This document shows positions 1-11,373 of a DNA stretch of 64,000 nt, in pieces. Source of the stretch: Patescibacteria group bacterium (lineage in GTDB: Bacteria; Patescibacteriota; Patescibacteriia; Patescibacteriales; JAQVLT01); the NCBI GenBank assembly GCA_028704015.1, contig JAQVLT010000004.1:6052-70051 (forward strand), in the 5' to 3' direction. A program made the position numbers and the translations under genes. Numbering within the stretch: position 1 is the first letter of the stretch; every line of letters starts with the position of its first letter. The notes beneath the pieces are model-generated. The model was not told the origin of the DNA. It made no database searches and saw nothing but the letters and a program-made list of their open reading frames with translations.

Positions 1-1959
1 ATCAAAACCGACGCTCTGAATTATTATGATGTTTCGCGCCAAATAAATCTGGATAACTATTTAAGCGAAATAAATAAAAATGGCTTTACTATCGCCAATA
101 ATCCCGCACCGAAAGAAGCGGATAATTTTTTAAGCGCTTATGATTATTTGAATAATAAAAACCTGCCGATTTTGATTACCGATGATTTTTTGTTTTACTA
201 TTATCAAAACACCTTAAAGCAAATCTATAAAGACATAGAAAATAATATTTTTTATGATAATCTTTGGAAAATAAATACCAATTTATTTAACACCGCCGAC
301 ACTCGCTATCGCGCGCTTAAAGCTAGTTCAAAGTTACCCAATGATCCGATTCTAGAAGGGGCGCGCGTTGAAGCCATTTACTATGGCGTAACTCTAGAAT
401 TGCTAAAACCGAAAATTAAACAAATTAAAGAAGAAGCAACCGACAATTCGGATTTTAAAACCGGCGATGATGCGTTTTATAATTTTGATGCTCCGTCATA
501 TCTCAAGGAAGACATAAACAAAGAAACTGCTTTAATTTATGGTCAAAATACATCGGCTAAATCGCCAACATTTTTGTACACAGTAAATTATGCTAATTTT
601 ACCATTCCAGAGGATTACAAAAATAATTCCCGCTTAAGTAATTTTTATTTAGCGACCAAGTGGCTCAATTCGGTGTTTCCGGTTTATTTTAAGGATGCTA
701 ACTGCAAAACTTGCTTATTGGACAAAGACGATTGGCGCGTTAACATGATTGCCGCCAGCTTTATCGCCAAAGATTTAGCCACGAGCCAAAATTTAAAAAA
801 CGATTGGGCAATAATTTATAAAATAATGTCATTTTTTACGGGTCTTCGGGCGGATTTAACTTACTTAAATTATGACAATGCTTTAAAAGAAATATTTGGC
901 CAAGATTACAAAATTGAAGAATTATTTTCTTTGTCCAACAGTAAACAAGATGAAAATTTAACCAAACTTAAGAATAAAATCGCAGGAATCAAATTTAACG
1001 AAATTGAAGGCTCTTACGATAGAAATAATTCCTCTTTAAAATCATATTTAGGTTTGCGAGTGCTAGCGGAGAATTACTCGCCGGACAATTATTTATTTAG
1101 TCAGCTGATTTCGCCAAAAGTCGCTGATTATCTTGGGACAAAAAATACGGCGAACTCAAGCGTGACTTATTGCAGTAATTCCGAATCGCGTTGCCGCGGA
1201 ATGGGTTTGGATATAATCAATTTGGCCTATCCATTGCAGCCGGAAATTAAATATTTCAGCAGTAACATAAATTATAAAAATTATTCTAATCAAGCCGCTT
1301 CGCTAAAAAAACAGCTTGCTGATTTTAATCTCAACACCTGGCATAATAGTGGCTATTGGTCCAATCTTAATATTATTAAAACTTATTTAGAAAACAATAC
1401 TTCGCCAAAACTAAGCTTTACGCAAAATAGTTTATGGAGAAATAAAAACGTTAACACCGCGTTAGGCGCTTGGTTAAATCCAAAACTTCCAATGGACGAA
1501 TTCACTTTAAACGTTGAAAAAACAGGTGGATTAGGCAACTTTTCTGAATGCAATTACCTTAACTATATTGAACCAAATTTACCGCTCGTACGTGAACTTG
1601 AAGCGAATACAAACATGATTTTAGAAATGCTCAAAGCTCTAAGCGCTACCTCAAAAGCGAATAATGCGGAAATACTATTGAACGATTTATCTTTAAAATT
1701 GGCTGATCTAAGTAAAATTATTCAGAAAGAGTTGAATAACCAAAATATAAATGCCGACGATTGTAAATTTATTGATAGATTAACCAAACAGTATAAAGTA
1801 GCCAGAAAGGGTAAAAAAGAACTTCCAATTTATTTTGACAGCAAAAATAATATTAATGAAAGCATAAACGGAATAAAATTTGCGCTCTTGGTTTATAATA
1901 TTAATAATAAAAATTATCTCGCAATCGGGCCGGTATTCAATTATTCAGAGAGCAAATAA
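1..1959 (+). CDS. DUF3160-like exported/periplasmic protein, 5'-truncated
   Basis: Frame 1 is open from base 1 (IKTDALNYYDVSRQ...) into the 603-aa ORF. Segments LITDD, YIEPN and GPVFNYSE resemble DUF3160. Confidence 0.6.
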   Translation: MKTDALNYYDVSRQINLDNYLSEINKNGFTIANNPAPKEADNFLSAYDYLNNKNLPILITDDFLFYYYQNTLKQIYKDIENNIFYDNLWKINTNLFNTADTRYRALKASSKLPNDPILEGARVEAIYYGVTLELLKPKIKQIKEEATDNSDFKTGDDAFYNFDAPSYLKEDINKETALIYGQNTSAKSPTFLYTVNYANFTIPEDYKNNSRLSNFYLATKWLNSVFPVYFKDANCKTCLLDKDDWRVNMIAASFIAKDLATSQNLKNDWAIIYKIMSFFTGLRADLTYLNYDNALKEIFGQDYKIEELFSLSNSKQDENLTKLKNKIAGIKFNEIEGSYDRNNSSLKSYLGLRVLAENYSPDNYLFSQLISPKVADYLGTKNTANSSVTYCSNSESRCRGMGLDIINLAYPLQPEIKYFSSNINYKNYSNQAASLKKQLADFNLNTWHNSGYWSNLNIIKTYLENNTSPKLSFTQNSLWRNKNVNTALGAWLNPKLPMDEFTLNVEKTGGLGNFSECNYLNYIEPNLPLVRELEANTNMILEMLKALSATSKANNAEILLNDLSLKLADLSKIIQKELNNQNINADDCKFIDRLTKQYKVARKGKKELPIYFDSKNNINESINGIKFALLVYNINNKNYLAIGPVFNYSESK

Positions 1960-1964
1960 GGCTA

Positions 1965-1992
1965 TTGACAGAAAAATTTTCTATGTTATTAT
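1965..1992 (+). promoter_or_regulatory. sigma70-type promoter of the Rrf2/isc operon
   Basis: TTGACA (1965-1970), 16-nt spacer, TG-extended TATTAT (1987-1992). Confidence 0.6.
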
Positions 1993-2023
1993 ATAAATAC
2001 CCACTAATTTAGTAGGTATTTAT
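1993..2023. promoter_or_regulatory. IscR/Rrf2 operator (inverted repeat)
   Basis: ATAAATACC-C-ACTAA-T-TTAGT-A-GGTATTTAT lies between the -10 box and the Rrf2 start and resembles IscR type-1 sites. Confidence 0.7.
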
Positions 2024-2027
2024 TTTT

Positions 2028-2429
2028 ATGAAATTTTCCACGCGGACAACCTATGGCCTTCGGGCGATGATTAATCTCGGCAAGCATTACCAAGAGGGAA
2101 GTATTTCTTTAAATATTATCGCTAAGGAAGAAAAAATATCACTCAAATATTTAGAACGTTTGTTTGCGATTTTAAAAAATGCCGGTTTGGTTAATTCGCA
2201 GAAAGGCGTGTCCGGAGGTTACCAGTTAAAAAATTCGCCTAAAAAAATAAATATTTATGAAATTATCAAAATTCTTGAAGGCGAGATTAATCCGTTTTAT
2301 TGCGTGGATAGCCGCGGAAAAATTTATTGCAACAAAGCTTGCGGCTGCGGCGCTAATTTAGTCTTAAAAAAAGTTCAGGAGGCGATAGTGAACACTTTAA
2401 AAAGCATCAAGCTATCGGACTTATTATGA
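2028..2429 (+). CDS. iscR: Rrf2-family transcriptional regulator (IscR-like)
   Basis: N-terminal YGLRAM, winged-HTH segment SQKGVSGGY, C-terminal Cys cluster; upstream of iscU/iscS. Confidence 0.8.
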   Translation: MKFSTRTTYGLRAMINLGKHYQEGSISLNIIAKEEKISLKYLERLFAILKNAGLVNSQKGVSGGYQLKNSPKKINIYEIIKILEGEINPFYCVDSRGKIYCNKACGCGANLVLKKVQEAIVNTLKSIKLSDLL

Positions 2430-3166
2430 AATATTTATTCATATTAATATTTTTATTCGCGCCAATTTTTGTCGTCAAGGCGGCGGACACCATGATTGAT
2501 AGCGATAATGACGGTCTAAGCGACCAAGAAGAAACAAATGTTTATCATTCTGACGCGAATAATTCGGATACGGATAATGATGGCTTTGATGATGGAGTAG
2601 AAATAAAAAACAGTTATTCGCCGCTTGATCCCAAGCCAACAAAACTTAAAGACAGCGACTATGACCACGATAGCTTGTCCGACGATCTGGAAATTAAATT
2701 TCACGCAGATTTAACCAATTCAGATACTGATGGTGACGGGTTTACTGACGGCGATGAAATAAAAAATGGTTACGATCCGCTTTCCGTGGAAAAGAAAAAA
2801 TTAGCCAAAAAAATTGAAATTAACATAAAAAATCAGAAATTAAGTTATTTTTTGAGTGACGTTGAATTGGGCGAATTTCCGGTTTCATCCGGCAAAAATA
2901 ATTCCACGCCCAAAGGAACTTATAAAGTTTTGAACAAAAGCTTGAAAGCTTGGTCAAAATTCGGACTTTGGATGCCATATTGGCTGGGGCTGGGTTCGCA
3001 CGGCGAATTCGGCATTCACGAATTGCCGTATTGGCCGAATGGCTACCGCGAAGGCAGTAATCATTTAGGTACGCCGGTTTCCCACGGTTGCGTTCGCCTC
3101 GGAATCGGACCGGCTAAATTAATTTATGATTGGGTCGAAGTCGGAACACCAGTAGTAATAAAATAA
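2426..3166 (+). CDS. L,D-transpeptidase (YkuD) with N-terminal Ca-binding TSP3-like DxDxDG repeats
   Basis: Signal peptide, four DxDxD(G/S)xxD repeats, GIHELP...SHGCVR catalytic motif. Confidence 0.88.
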   Translation: MKYLFILIFLFAPIFVVKAADTMIDSDNDGLSDQEETNVYHSDANNSDTDNDGFDDGVEIKNSYSPLDPKPTKLKDSDYDHDSLSDDLEIKFHADLTNSDTDGDGFTDGDEIKNGYDPLSVEKKKLAKKIEINIKNQKLSYFLSDVELGEFPVSSGKNNSTPKGTYKVLNKSLKAWSKFGLWMPYWLGLGSHGEFGIHELPYWPNGYREGSNHLGTPVSHGCVRLGIGPAKLIYDWVEVGTPVVIK

Positions 3167-3179
3167 ATAAAAATTTAAA

Positions 3180-3203
3180 CCTGCCTGCCTGCCGGCAGGC
3201 AGG
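3180..3203. repeat. GC hairpin element CCTGCCTGCCGGCAGGCAGG
   Basis: 20-bp perfect palindrome (3184-3203) in AT-rich DNA; related copies near 26333 and at 26428. Confidence 0.85.
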
Positions 3204-3275
3204 AATTAAATAATCTAAAAATTTAAAATAAAAAAATAAATTTTTAAGTTTTTAAATTCTTGGATTTTTAAAAAT

Positions 3276-3668
3276 ATGTATACAAAAAAAGTTATCAGTC
3301 ATTTCAAAAATCCGCATAATCAGGGCAAGATTAAAGACGCCGATGCGATTGGCGAGGCCGGCAATCCGGTTTGCGGCGATGTGATGAAGATCTATTTGAA
3401 AATGGCTAAAAACAAAAAAGGTGAAGAAATAATTAAAGATGTGAAGTTTGAAACGCTGGGCTGCGCGGCGGCAATCGCGGTTTCTTCGGCCCTGACAGAC
3501 TTGGTAAAAGGCAAAACAATCAAAGAAGCGTTAAAAATTACCAAAGATCAGATAGTTAAAGATCTGGGCGGTTTGCCTGCGCCAAAAATCCACTGTTCAA
3601 TGTTAGGCGTTGAGGCGTTGCATGAAGCGATAAAGAATTATAAAAAAGAACATTCAAATAAAACATAG
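3276..3668 (+). CDS. iscU: Fe-S cluster scaffold IscU/NifU-N
   Basis: HFKNPHN, GNPVCGD, GCAAAIA and KIHCS motifs. Confidence 0.93.
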   Translation: MYTKKVISHFKNPHNQGKIKDADAIGEAGNPVCGDVMKIYLKMAKNKKGEEIIKDVKFETLGCAAAIAVSSALTDLVKGKTIKEALKITKDQIVKDLGGLPAPKIHCSMLGVEALHEAIKNYKKEHSNKT

Positions 3669-3695
3669 CCTTTTTGAAGCGAGGAGGAACGTAAG

Positions 3696-3842
3696 ATGAA
3701 ATGCGTGGCTGTGGTCACGGAAGGGGGTAAGCAAATTGTTCGTTGCTTCATATGGTCTGCTATCGGAATTCCGATGGCCTTTCTGGTTTGTCTTTCTTTA
3801 TGGGACGAAGAACGCACAAAAAAGAAGGGAGGATGGCGGTGA
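3696..3842 (+). CDS. 48-aa orphan micro-protein with one hydrophobic segment
   Basis: MKCVAVVTEGGKQIVRCFIWSAIGIPMAFLVCLSLWDEERTKKKGGWR preceded by GAGGAGG; below the ORF-track cutoff. Confidence 0.45.
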   Translation: MKCVAVVTEGGKQIVRCFIWSAIGIPMAFLVCLSLWDEERTKKKGGWR

Positions 3843-3949
3843 AAAATTTAATCTCCGAATTATGGGGTGACATCAAATTTTTTTGGGCGCTGTGCGGTTT
3901 CTGGGGCAACCCCTACAAAGGAGGGGTGTCAAGGGGCAGAAAAAAATAA
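3833..3949 (+). CDS. 38-aa orphan micro-protein
   Basis: MAVKNLISELWGDIKFFWALCGFWGNPYKGGVSRGRKK; AAGGGAGG immediately upstream; overlaps the previous stop. Confidence 0.4.
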   Translation: MAVKNLISELWGDIKFFWALCGFWGNPYKGGVSRGRKK

Positions 3950-4028
3950 CCCGCACATTACGGCTCGGGGGCGCGCGCTGTTTGACACGCCCCACCATTT
4001 TTACAACAATTTTATTAATTATAAATTT

Positions 4029-4283
4029 ATGAAAAAGAAAGTTACAACAAAAAAATCAACCGAATCTAAAATTAAAAAAGCTTTGGATAAAATCAGACCG
4101 GCTTTGCAGATGGATGGCGGCGATGTTGAATTGATTTCTTGGGACGAAAAAAATAAAGTCGTCAAAGTTCATTTAGTCGGCCGTTGCGCCGGCTGTCCGA
4201 TGTCGCAAATAACTTTAAAGCAAGGCGTAGCCAAGGAAATTATCAAAGCAGCTCCAGAGGTTAAAGATGTTGTGTCAGTCTAA
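4029..4283 (+). CDS. NifU C-terminal/NfuA-type Fe-S carrier
   Basis: IRPALQMDGGDVEL and GRCAGCPMS (CxxC); start moved to ATG 4029. Confidence 0.9.
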   Translation: MKKKVTTKKSTESKIKKALDKIRPALQMDGGDVELISWDEKNKVVKVHLVGRCAGCPMSQITLKQGVAKEIIKAAPEVKDVVSV

Positions 4284-4297
4284 CCATTATTATAAAA

Positions 4298-4329
4298 GGA
4301 ATCGCAAACCCTTAAGGGTTTGCGATTCC
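4298..4329. repeat. 32-bp zero-loop perfect palindrome
   Basis: GGAATCGCAAACCCTT|AAGGGTTTGCGATTCC. Confidence 0.85.
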
Positions 4330-4341
4330 ATAATAATATTT

Positions 4342-5586
4342 ATGAAAAAAATTTATCTTGATCATAGTGCGACCACGCCGGTTGATCCAAAAGTTCTCAA
4401 AGAAATGTTGCCATATTTTACTCAAAAATTTGGCAATGCTTCTTCAATTCACGGTTTCGGCCAAGAGGCTTTAGCCGGCGCCGACAGAGCCCGCGAACAA
4501 GTGGCTAATTTTTTGAATTGTGAAACCGGCGAGATAGTTTTCACTTCTGGCGCGACCGAATCAAATAATCTTGCCGTCAGAGGTTTTATTAAAGCGCTTC
4601 AAAAAAATAAAGCCAATCAAAACAAAAAATTTCATATTATCACTTCATTGGTTGAACATGACGCTATTCTTGAGCCATGTATGGAATTGGAAAAAAATGG
4701 AATTGAGGTGACGTATTTACCGGTCAAATCCAATGGTGTAGTTGATATTAATAAATTTGAAAAATCAATAAAAGACAATACGGTTTTAATAAGCGTAATG
4801 TATGTGAATAGCGAGGTTGGCAGTATTCAGCCGATCAGAGAAATGGGAAAAATAATTAAAAAAATTAATGAAAAACGCTTAAAAGACTGGCAAAGATTAA
4901 GCGCCAAAGATAGAGGCGAGAAGCCGCAAAAAATTTATTTTCATACCGACGCCACGCAGGCGGTAAATTTTCTAAATTGCGATACAAAATATCTGCACGT
5001 TGATATGTTGAGCTTATCCGGCCACAAAATTTACGGTCCTAAAGGCATCGGCGCCCTGTTTGTTAAAAATGAAACGCCGCTTGCCGCAATGCAACTGGGC
5101 GGGCATCAGGAAAAAAACATGCGCAGCGGCACTTTGAATGTGGTGGGAATTGTCGGTCTGGGAAAAGCGATTAGCATGCTTGATAAAAAAAACGTTGAAA
5201 AAAATAATAAAAAAATCGCGGCGTTACGCGATATGTTGGTTCTAGGAATAAAGAAAAATATTCCCGATGTGGTTTTGAATACCGATAGAGCCAACGCCAC
5301 GCCTTCGCACGCGCATTTTTCATTTCTAGACGTAGAAGGGGAGTCATCACTGATTTCATTGGATCTGGAGGGAATTGCCGTTTCCACCGGTTCAGCGTGC
5401 GCCTCGGGCAGTTTAAAGGCCTCTCACGTGCTTCTGGCGATGGGTATCAAGGTGGAAGTCGCTCATAACTCGGTGCGTTTTACGCTAGGCAAAAATAACA
5501 CCGCCGAGGAAATTAGAAAAACTATTAAAGTTTTACCGCCGATTATTAAGAGATTAAGGGAAATGAATCCGTTGTATAAAAATTAA
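4342..5586 (+). CDS. iscS: Cysteine desulfurase IscS/NifS
   Basis: YLDHSATT, SGHKIYGPKG (PLP Lys), STGSACASG (catalytic Cys); start at ATG 4342. Confidence 0.95.
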   Translation: MKKIYLDHSATTPVDPKVLKEMLPYFTQKFGNASSIHGFGQEALAGADRAREQVANFLNCETGEIVFTSGATESNNLAVRGFIKALQKNKANQNKKFHIITSLVEHDAILEPCMELEKNGIEVTYLPVKSNGVVDINKFEKSIKDNTVLISVMYVNSEVGSIQPIREMGKIIKKINEKRLKDWQRLSAKDRGEKPQKIYFHTDATQAVNFLNCDTKYLHVDMLSLSGHKIYGPKGIGALFVKNETPLAAMQLGGHQEKNMRSGTLNVVGIVGLGKAISMLDKKNVEKNNKKIAALRDMLVLGIKKNIPDVVLNTDRANATPSHAHFSFLDVEGESSLISLDLEGIAVSTGSACASGSLKASHVLLAMGIKVEVAHNSVRFTLGKNNTAEEIRKTIKVLPPIIKRLREMNPLYKN

Positions 5587-5606
5587 ATAATTTAAAAAAA
5601 TCAATA

Positions 5607-5644
5607 AAATAAATGAAGGTGGACAAACGTTTGTCCACCTTCAT

Positions 5645-5650
<6 letters not shown>
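5607..5650. terminator. 44-bp perfect palindrome, probable bidirectional terminator
   Basis: AAATAAATGAAGGTGGACAAAC|GTTTGTCCACCTTCATTTATTT between convergent genes. Confidence 0.7.
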
Positions 5651-7612
<1,962 letters not shown>

Positions 7613-7634
7613 AAATTAATTATATCAGTTTTGT

Positions 7635-8222
7635 ATGATAGACACCAACTATCAAGCGGCGGAAAAATTTTTCCCGCAAGATAAAATTTTAGCAAAAACA
7701 GCGCTAAAACTTTTTCCTAAATCAATCACCCCTAACCATATCACCGTTTTTCGCTTTTTGGCTAGTCCTATCGTTGGGATATTGATGCTTTGCGACAGTT
7801 TTGTGGTGGGGCTAGTCGCCTTTCTTCTTGTAGCATTTAGCGACGCCCTAGACGGATCAATGGCACGCACGCGAAACCAAATAACCAACTGGGGTAAAAT
7901 CTACGATCCTTTAGCCGACAAAATTCTCATTGCTTGCGCTATTTTTACCATAGTTTTACGATATGTTGATCTTTGGACTTCTTTAATTATAATAATACTG
8001 GAAACTATAATAGTATTAGTTGCGTGGAGAAGAAAAGAGAGGGGAGGGAAGGTGGAAGCGAATATTTGGGGAAAAATTAAAATGTGTTTGCAAGTACTAG
8101 GTGTAACAATCCTTTTGATCTCCATAGTCTTTGATTGGGCAGGCCTTCTTCCTTTCGCTTCCGGGACTCTTTATCTCGCAATCGCTTTTGCTATTGTTAG
8201 CCTGCTAAGCTATGGCATTTAA
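7635..8222 (+). CDS. CDP-alcohol phosphatidyltransferase (PgsA-like)
   Basis: TPNHIT and DALDGSMAR...GKIYDPLADK signature. Confidence 0.9.
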   Translation: MIDTNYQAAEKFFPQDKILAKTALKLFPKSITPNHITVFRFLASPIVGILMLCDSFVVGLVAFLLVAFSDALDGSMARTRNQITNWGKIYDPLADKILIACAIFTIVLRYVDLWTSLIIIILETIIVLVAWRRKERGGKVEANIWGKIKMCLQVLGVTILLISIVFDWAGLLPFASGTLYLAIAFAIVSLLSYGI

Positions 8223-9978
8223 CTATCTAAAAAAATATTGGCATTGGCCGGTTATCATCCTATTAGCGGCCTGTTTTTTTGTTGGTACTTCCAGCTATAT
8301 TTATTTTACGCAAAAAAATAATTTTGTAAAATTTTCTTCGCCAGATGAAACGGCTAATTATAATTTTGCCAAGCTATACGCAGAAACCGGCAATCTGCAG
8401 ATTCTGGAAAAATATAATTTAGTTGCCGGCGACATAATTCATCCGCGAAGCATGCGCAGTGATTTGGGATATGTAAAACCGGTGAGCTTTTTGGGAATTA
8501 TAATTATTTATGGAAAAATCGCTTCAATATTTGGAATAAAAATAATTCCTTATCTGACGCCACTTTTTGGAGCTATTGGCATAATATTTTTTTATTTGCT
8601 AATAAAAAAATTATTTGGCGCAAAAAATGCTTTGATTTCTTCTTTTATTTTTGCAGTCTTTCCGCCCTTTATGTACTATTCCGCTCGGAGTATGTTTCAC
8701 AATATATTATTCATGGTTTTATTGATTATCGGATTATATTTTTCAATATTGCTTGTTCAAAAAAGAGAAAATAAAAGAGAATACATTAATTATCTCTTCG
8801 CCGCCATCGCTGGATTATTTATCGGGCTAACGATTATTACCCGAACCTCGGAATTAATTTGGTTATTGCCAGCCCTTCTTATTTTATGGATTTTTAATAT
8901 AAAAAGAATTGGCTTCGTCAAACTAATAATATTTCTGACATTTGTATTTTTTGCGATTCTGCCGGTTATTTACTGGAACGACGTTTTGTATTCTTCACCT
9001 CTAAAAGGCGGCTACACGGAAATGAATCAGGCGGTAACAAATATTTCTCAAGCGAGTTTAAGCATTCCCAAAGAATTTATAAAAGGAAAATTTAATTATT
9101 TAGTTGATTTAATAAAAGTTTTAAAACGTAATATTTTTTATTTCGGCCTTAAACCAATGCAAGCTTGGAAAATGGCGCAAAATTATATAATTTTGATGTT
9201 TCCCTGGCTGTTTATTTTGGGGGTTTCCGGATTTATAGCATCGTTGTTTAGAATAAACAAATGGAAAAAAAAGGATTGGCAATATTTTTTAATATTAATT
9301 ACCATTTCAATTATTCTGATAATATATTATGGGAGTTGGAATTTTCATGACAATCCCGATCCTACCAAAACTACTATCGGCAATTCTTACACGCGCTATT
9401 GGCTACCAGTCTATTTTGGCCTTATCCCATTGGCAAGTTATTTTCTCATTGAATTAGGCAAAACAATTTTTTTTCTCAAAGATAACGACGTCATCAAACT
9501 TAAAAACAAATTTTTAAATTTTATTTTAAAAATTTTACGCTTACCCAATCGCGATTTTTTAATAAATAGTTTATTGATAGTTAGCACACTCTTTATTTAC
9601 TATTATTCAATTTCTTTTATTTTGCACGGCTCAGAGGAGGGGCTGATTTATTCTTATGAAACGCAAAGATTGGCAAAAATTGAACAGAATAAACTGCTAA
9701 ATAGCACGGAAAATAACTCCGCCATTATAACTTTTTATGCCGATAAAATAATTTTTCCGGAAAGAAAAATTATTATTGGCAATCTCAATGATCCGGAAAT
9801 GAACAAAATCTATGCTAAACTATCAGACTATCTGCCTGTTTATTATTATCATTTTAGTTTAACAGGCGAAGATATCGAATATCTGAATAATACTAAATTC
9901 AGAGATTTAAATATCCAAATCAAAAAAATTGCAAGAATTACAAAAGATTTTACTTTGTATAAAATAATTAAAAAATAA
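8212..9978 (+). CDS. GT-C glycosyltransferase (PMT/ArnT-like)
   Basis: SPDETANY acidic loop after TM1, many TM helices, RYWLP motif. Confidence 0.7.
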   Translation: MAFNYLKKYWHWPVIILLAACFFVGTSSYIYFTQKNNFVKFSSPDETANYNFAKLYAETGNLQILEKYNLVAGDIIHPRSMRSDLGYVKPVSFLGIIIIYGKIASIFGIKIIPYLTPLFGAIGIIFFYLLIKKLFGAKNALISSFIFAVFPPFMYYSARSMFHNILFMVLLIIGLYFSILLVQKRENKREYINYLFAAIAGLFIGLTIITRTSELIWLLPALLILWIFNIKRIGFVKLIIFLTFVFFAILPVIYWNDVLYSSPLKGGYTEMNQAVTNISQASLSIPKEFIKGKFNYLVDLIKVLKRNIFYFGLKPMQAWKMAQNYIILMFPWLFILGVSGFIASLFRINKWKKKDWQYFLILITISIILIIYYGSWNFHDNPDPTKTTIGNSYTRYWLPVYFGLIPLASYFLIELGKTIFFLKDNDVIKLKNKFLNFILKILRLPNRDFLINSLLIVSTLFIYYYSISFILHGSEEGLIYSYETQRLAKIEQNKLLNSTENNSAIITFYADKIIFPERKIIIGNLNDPEMNKIYAKLSDYLPVYYYHFSLTGEDIEYLNNTKFRDLNIQIKKIARITKDFTLYKIIKK

Positions 9979-9979
9979 T

Positions 9980-10270
9980 ATGACTGCGAAAAATTTTAAG
10001 TTCCCTTCCGATGAAAATCCGCAAGAAGCTCGCTTGGATATTAAGAGATTAACTGATTTATTAGTTTTTGCGAGCAAATTTCACCAAGAGGCTAGCCCCA
10101 AAGACAGTGAAGCTGTCGTGCAAAAACAGCATCAGATATTCATGAGCGATCAGGAGCTAATAATTTTTTTGAATAATAGTAATAAACCCGAATGGGAAGT
10201 AAACTCCGTATTTTATTGCGCTCTTTGCGAAGAATTAAAAAAACGCGGTTTGATTCCAGATTTTTATTAA
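9980..10270 (+). CDS. Hypothetical protein
   Basis: 96-aa ORF starting 1 nt after the upstream stop. Confidence 0.6.
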   Translation: MTAKNFKFPSDENPQEARLDIKRLTDLLVFASKFHQEASPKDSEAVVQKQHQIFMSDQELIIFLNNSNKPEWEVNSVFYCALCEELKKRGLIPDFY

Positions 10271-10285
10271 TACAATGAGGATAAT

Positions 10286-10317
10286 AAAAAACGACCGTAA
10301 TATTAACGGCCGTTTTT
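10286..10317. terminator. Bidirectional intrinsic terminator
   Basis: AAAAAACGACCGT-loop-ACGGCCGTTTTT between convergent genes. Confidence 0.65.
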
Positions 10318-10333
10318 GTATTTACTGAAAATG

Positions 10334-11122
10334 TTAAAATTTAAAATTTGCGGTTAAATAGCCTACGCCGAACGGTCCTTCATATGATATAATCTCCGTT
10401 TCATACTCCATGCCATCAAGAATTCCGAGAAGAATCAAAATGGAACGCAAACCGCATTCGCCAGCGTCTTCAATGAAATTTTCGTTTAAATTTAATATTT
10501 CATCAATCTTTTTATTTTTAACAAACTCAATCAATTTTTGATCAAATTTCGCGGCCTTGGGTGAATAACCGGCGGGCGCAGACTTGGTTAGACGATGCGA
10601 CATATCGCCGGAAGCAATAATTGCAAATTTTTCTTTGCTTTGCACTAATTCTTGTTTTAATAATTGACCAAACTCGAAGTGATCCCTGAGACTCAAACCG
10701 GAAAAATATAAAGGAATTATTTCTATATTTTTTAAACTTTTAGTCAGGCAATAAAGTGGAACGCCGCAACCATGATCCAATCGCGGTTCACTTACTAATT
10801 GGAGAGCCGCTTTGGTTTCCAGGGCTTCTTTGATTTTATTAATAGATTTAATGTCGCCTTTAAATTTTAATTTAGTAGAAAAATCGCCAAAATCTTCAAA
10901 ATCCAAATGATATTCCGGACATAAATTCATGGTAAAACAATCTGGTTGAATAAAGCCATGCGGCGAAATTATTAAAATTGTTTCTGCTTTACTATCGGCT
11001 AAATTTTCTTGCAATTTTTTTAATCCATTTACAGTTTTTTCCAACAATTCTAAATTTTCTCGGCCAATGGTCGGTATAAGTATTGGCGGATGCGGAGTAA
11101 TTGCTCCAAAAACAATGGACAT
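10334..11122 (-). CDS. Memo/LigB-family protein (AmmeMemoRadiSam protein B-like)
   Basis: PHPP, SPH, LDHG, ASGDMSH, ECG and GPFGVGY motifs. Confidence 0.8.
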   Translation of the reverse strand: MSIVFGAITPHPPILIPTIGRENLELLEKTVNGLKKLQENLADSKAETILIISPHGFIQPDCFTMNLCPEYHLDFEDFGDFSTKLKFKGDIKSINKIKEALETKAALQLVSEPRLDHGCGVPLYCLTKSLKNIEIIPLYFSGLSLRDHFEFGQLLKQELVQSKEKFAIIASGDMSHRLTKSAPAGYSPKAAKFDQKLIEFVKNKKIDEILNLNENFIEDAGECGLRSILILLGILDGMEYETEIISYEGPFGVGYLTANFKF

Positions 11123-11155
11123 AATTTGAAAATTAAATATTAGTTTGATTATTTT

Positions 11156-11368
11156 TTATTCTGCATATTTTTTCAAATCGTAAATTGCAGAACAGGTAAA
11201 AACAATCTGTAATATTATAAATATGTAATCACCCAAAAATATGCTGTATATTTCTAGGCATACCCCCCCCAGAATATACAGCACATCTTGAGCCAATCTA
11301 TCTTTTTTTATAATTCCCAGAGAAATTACGAGCAGACCGAAGGCTCCAATTAATTTAAAAATAAACAT
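11156..11368 (-). CDS. Small 3-TM membrane protein
   Basis: 70 aa, hydrophobic, co-oriented and tightly packed with neighbours. Confidence 0.65.
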   Translation of the reverse strand: MFIFKLIGAFGLLVISLGIIKKDRLAQDVLYILGGVCLEIYSIFLGDYIFIILQIVFTCSAIYDLKKYAE

Positions 11369-11373
11369 AAATA

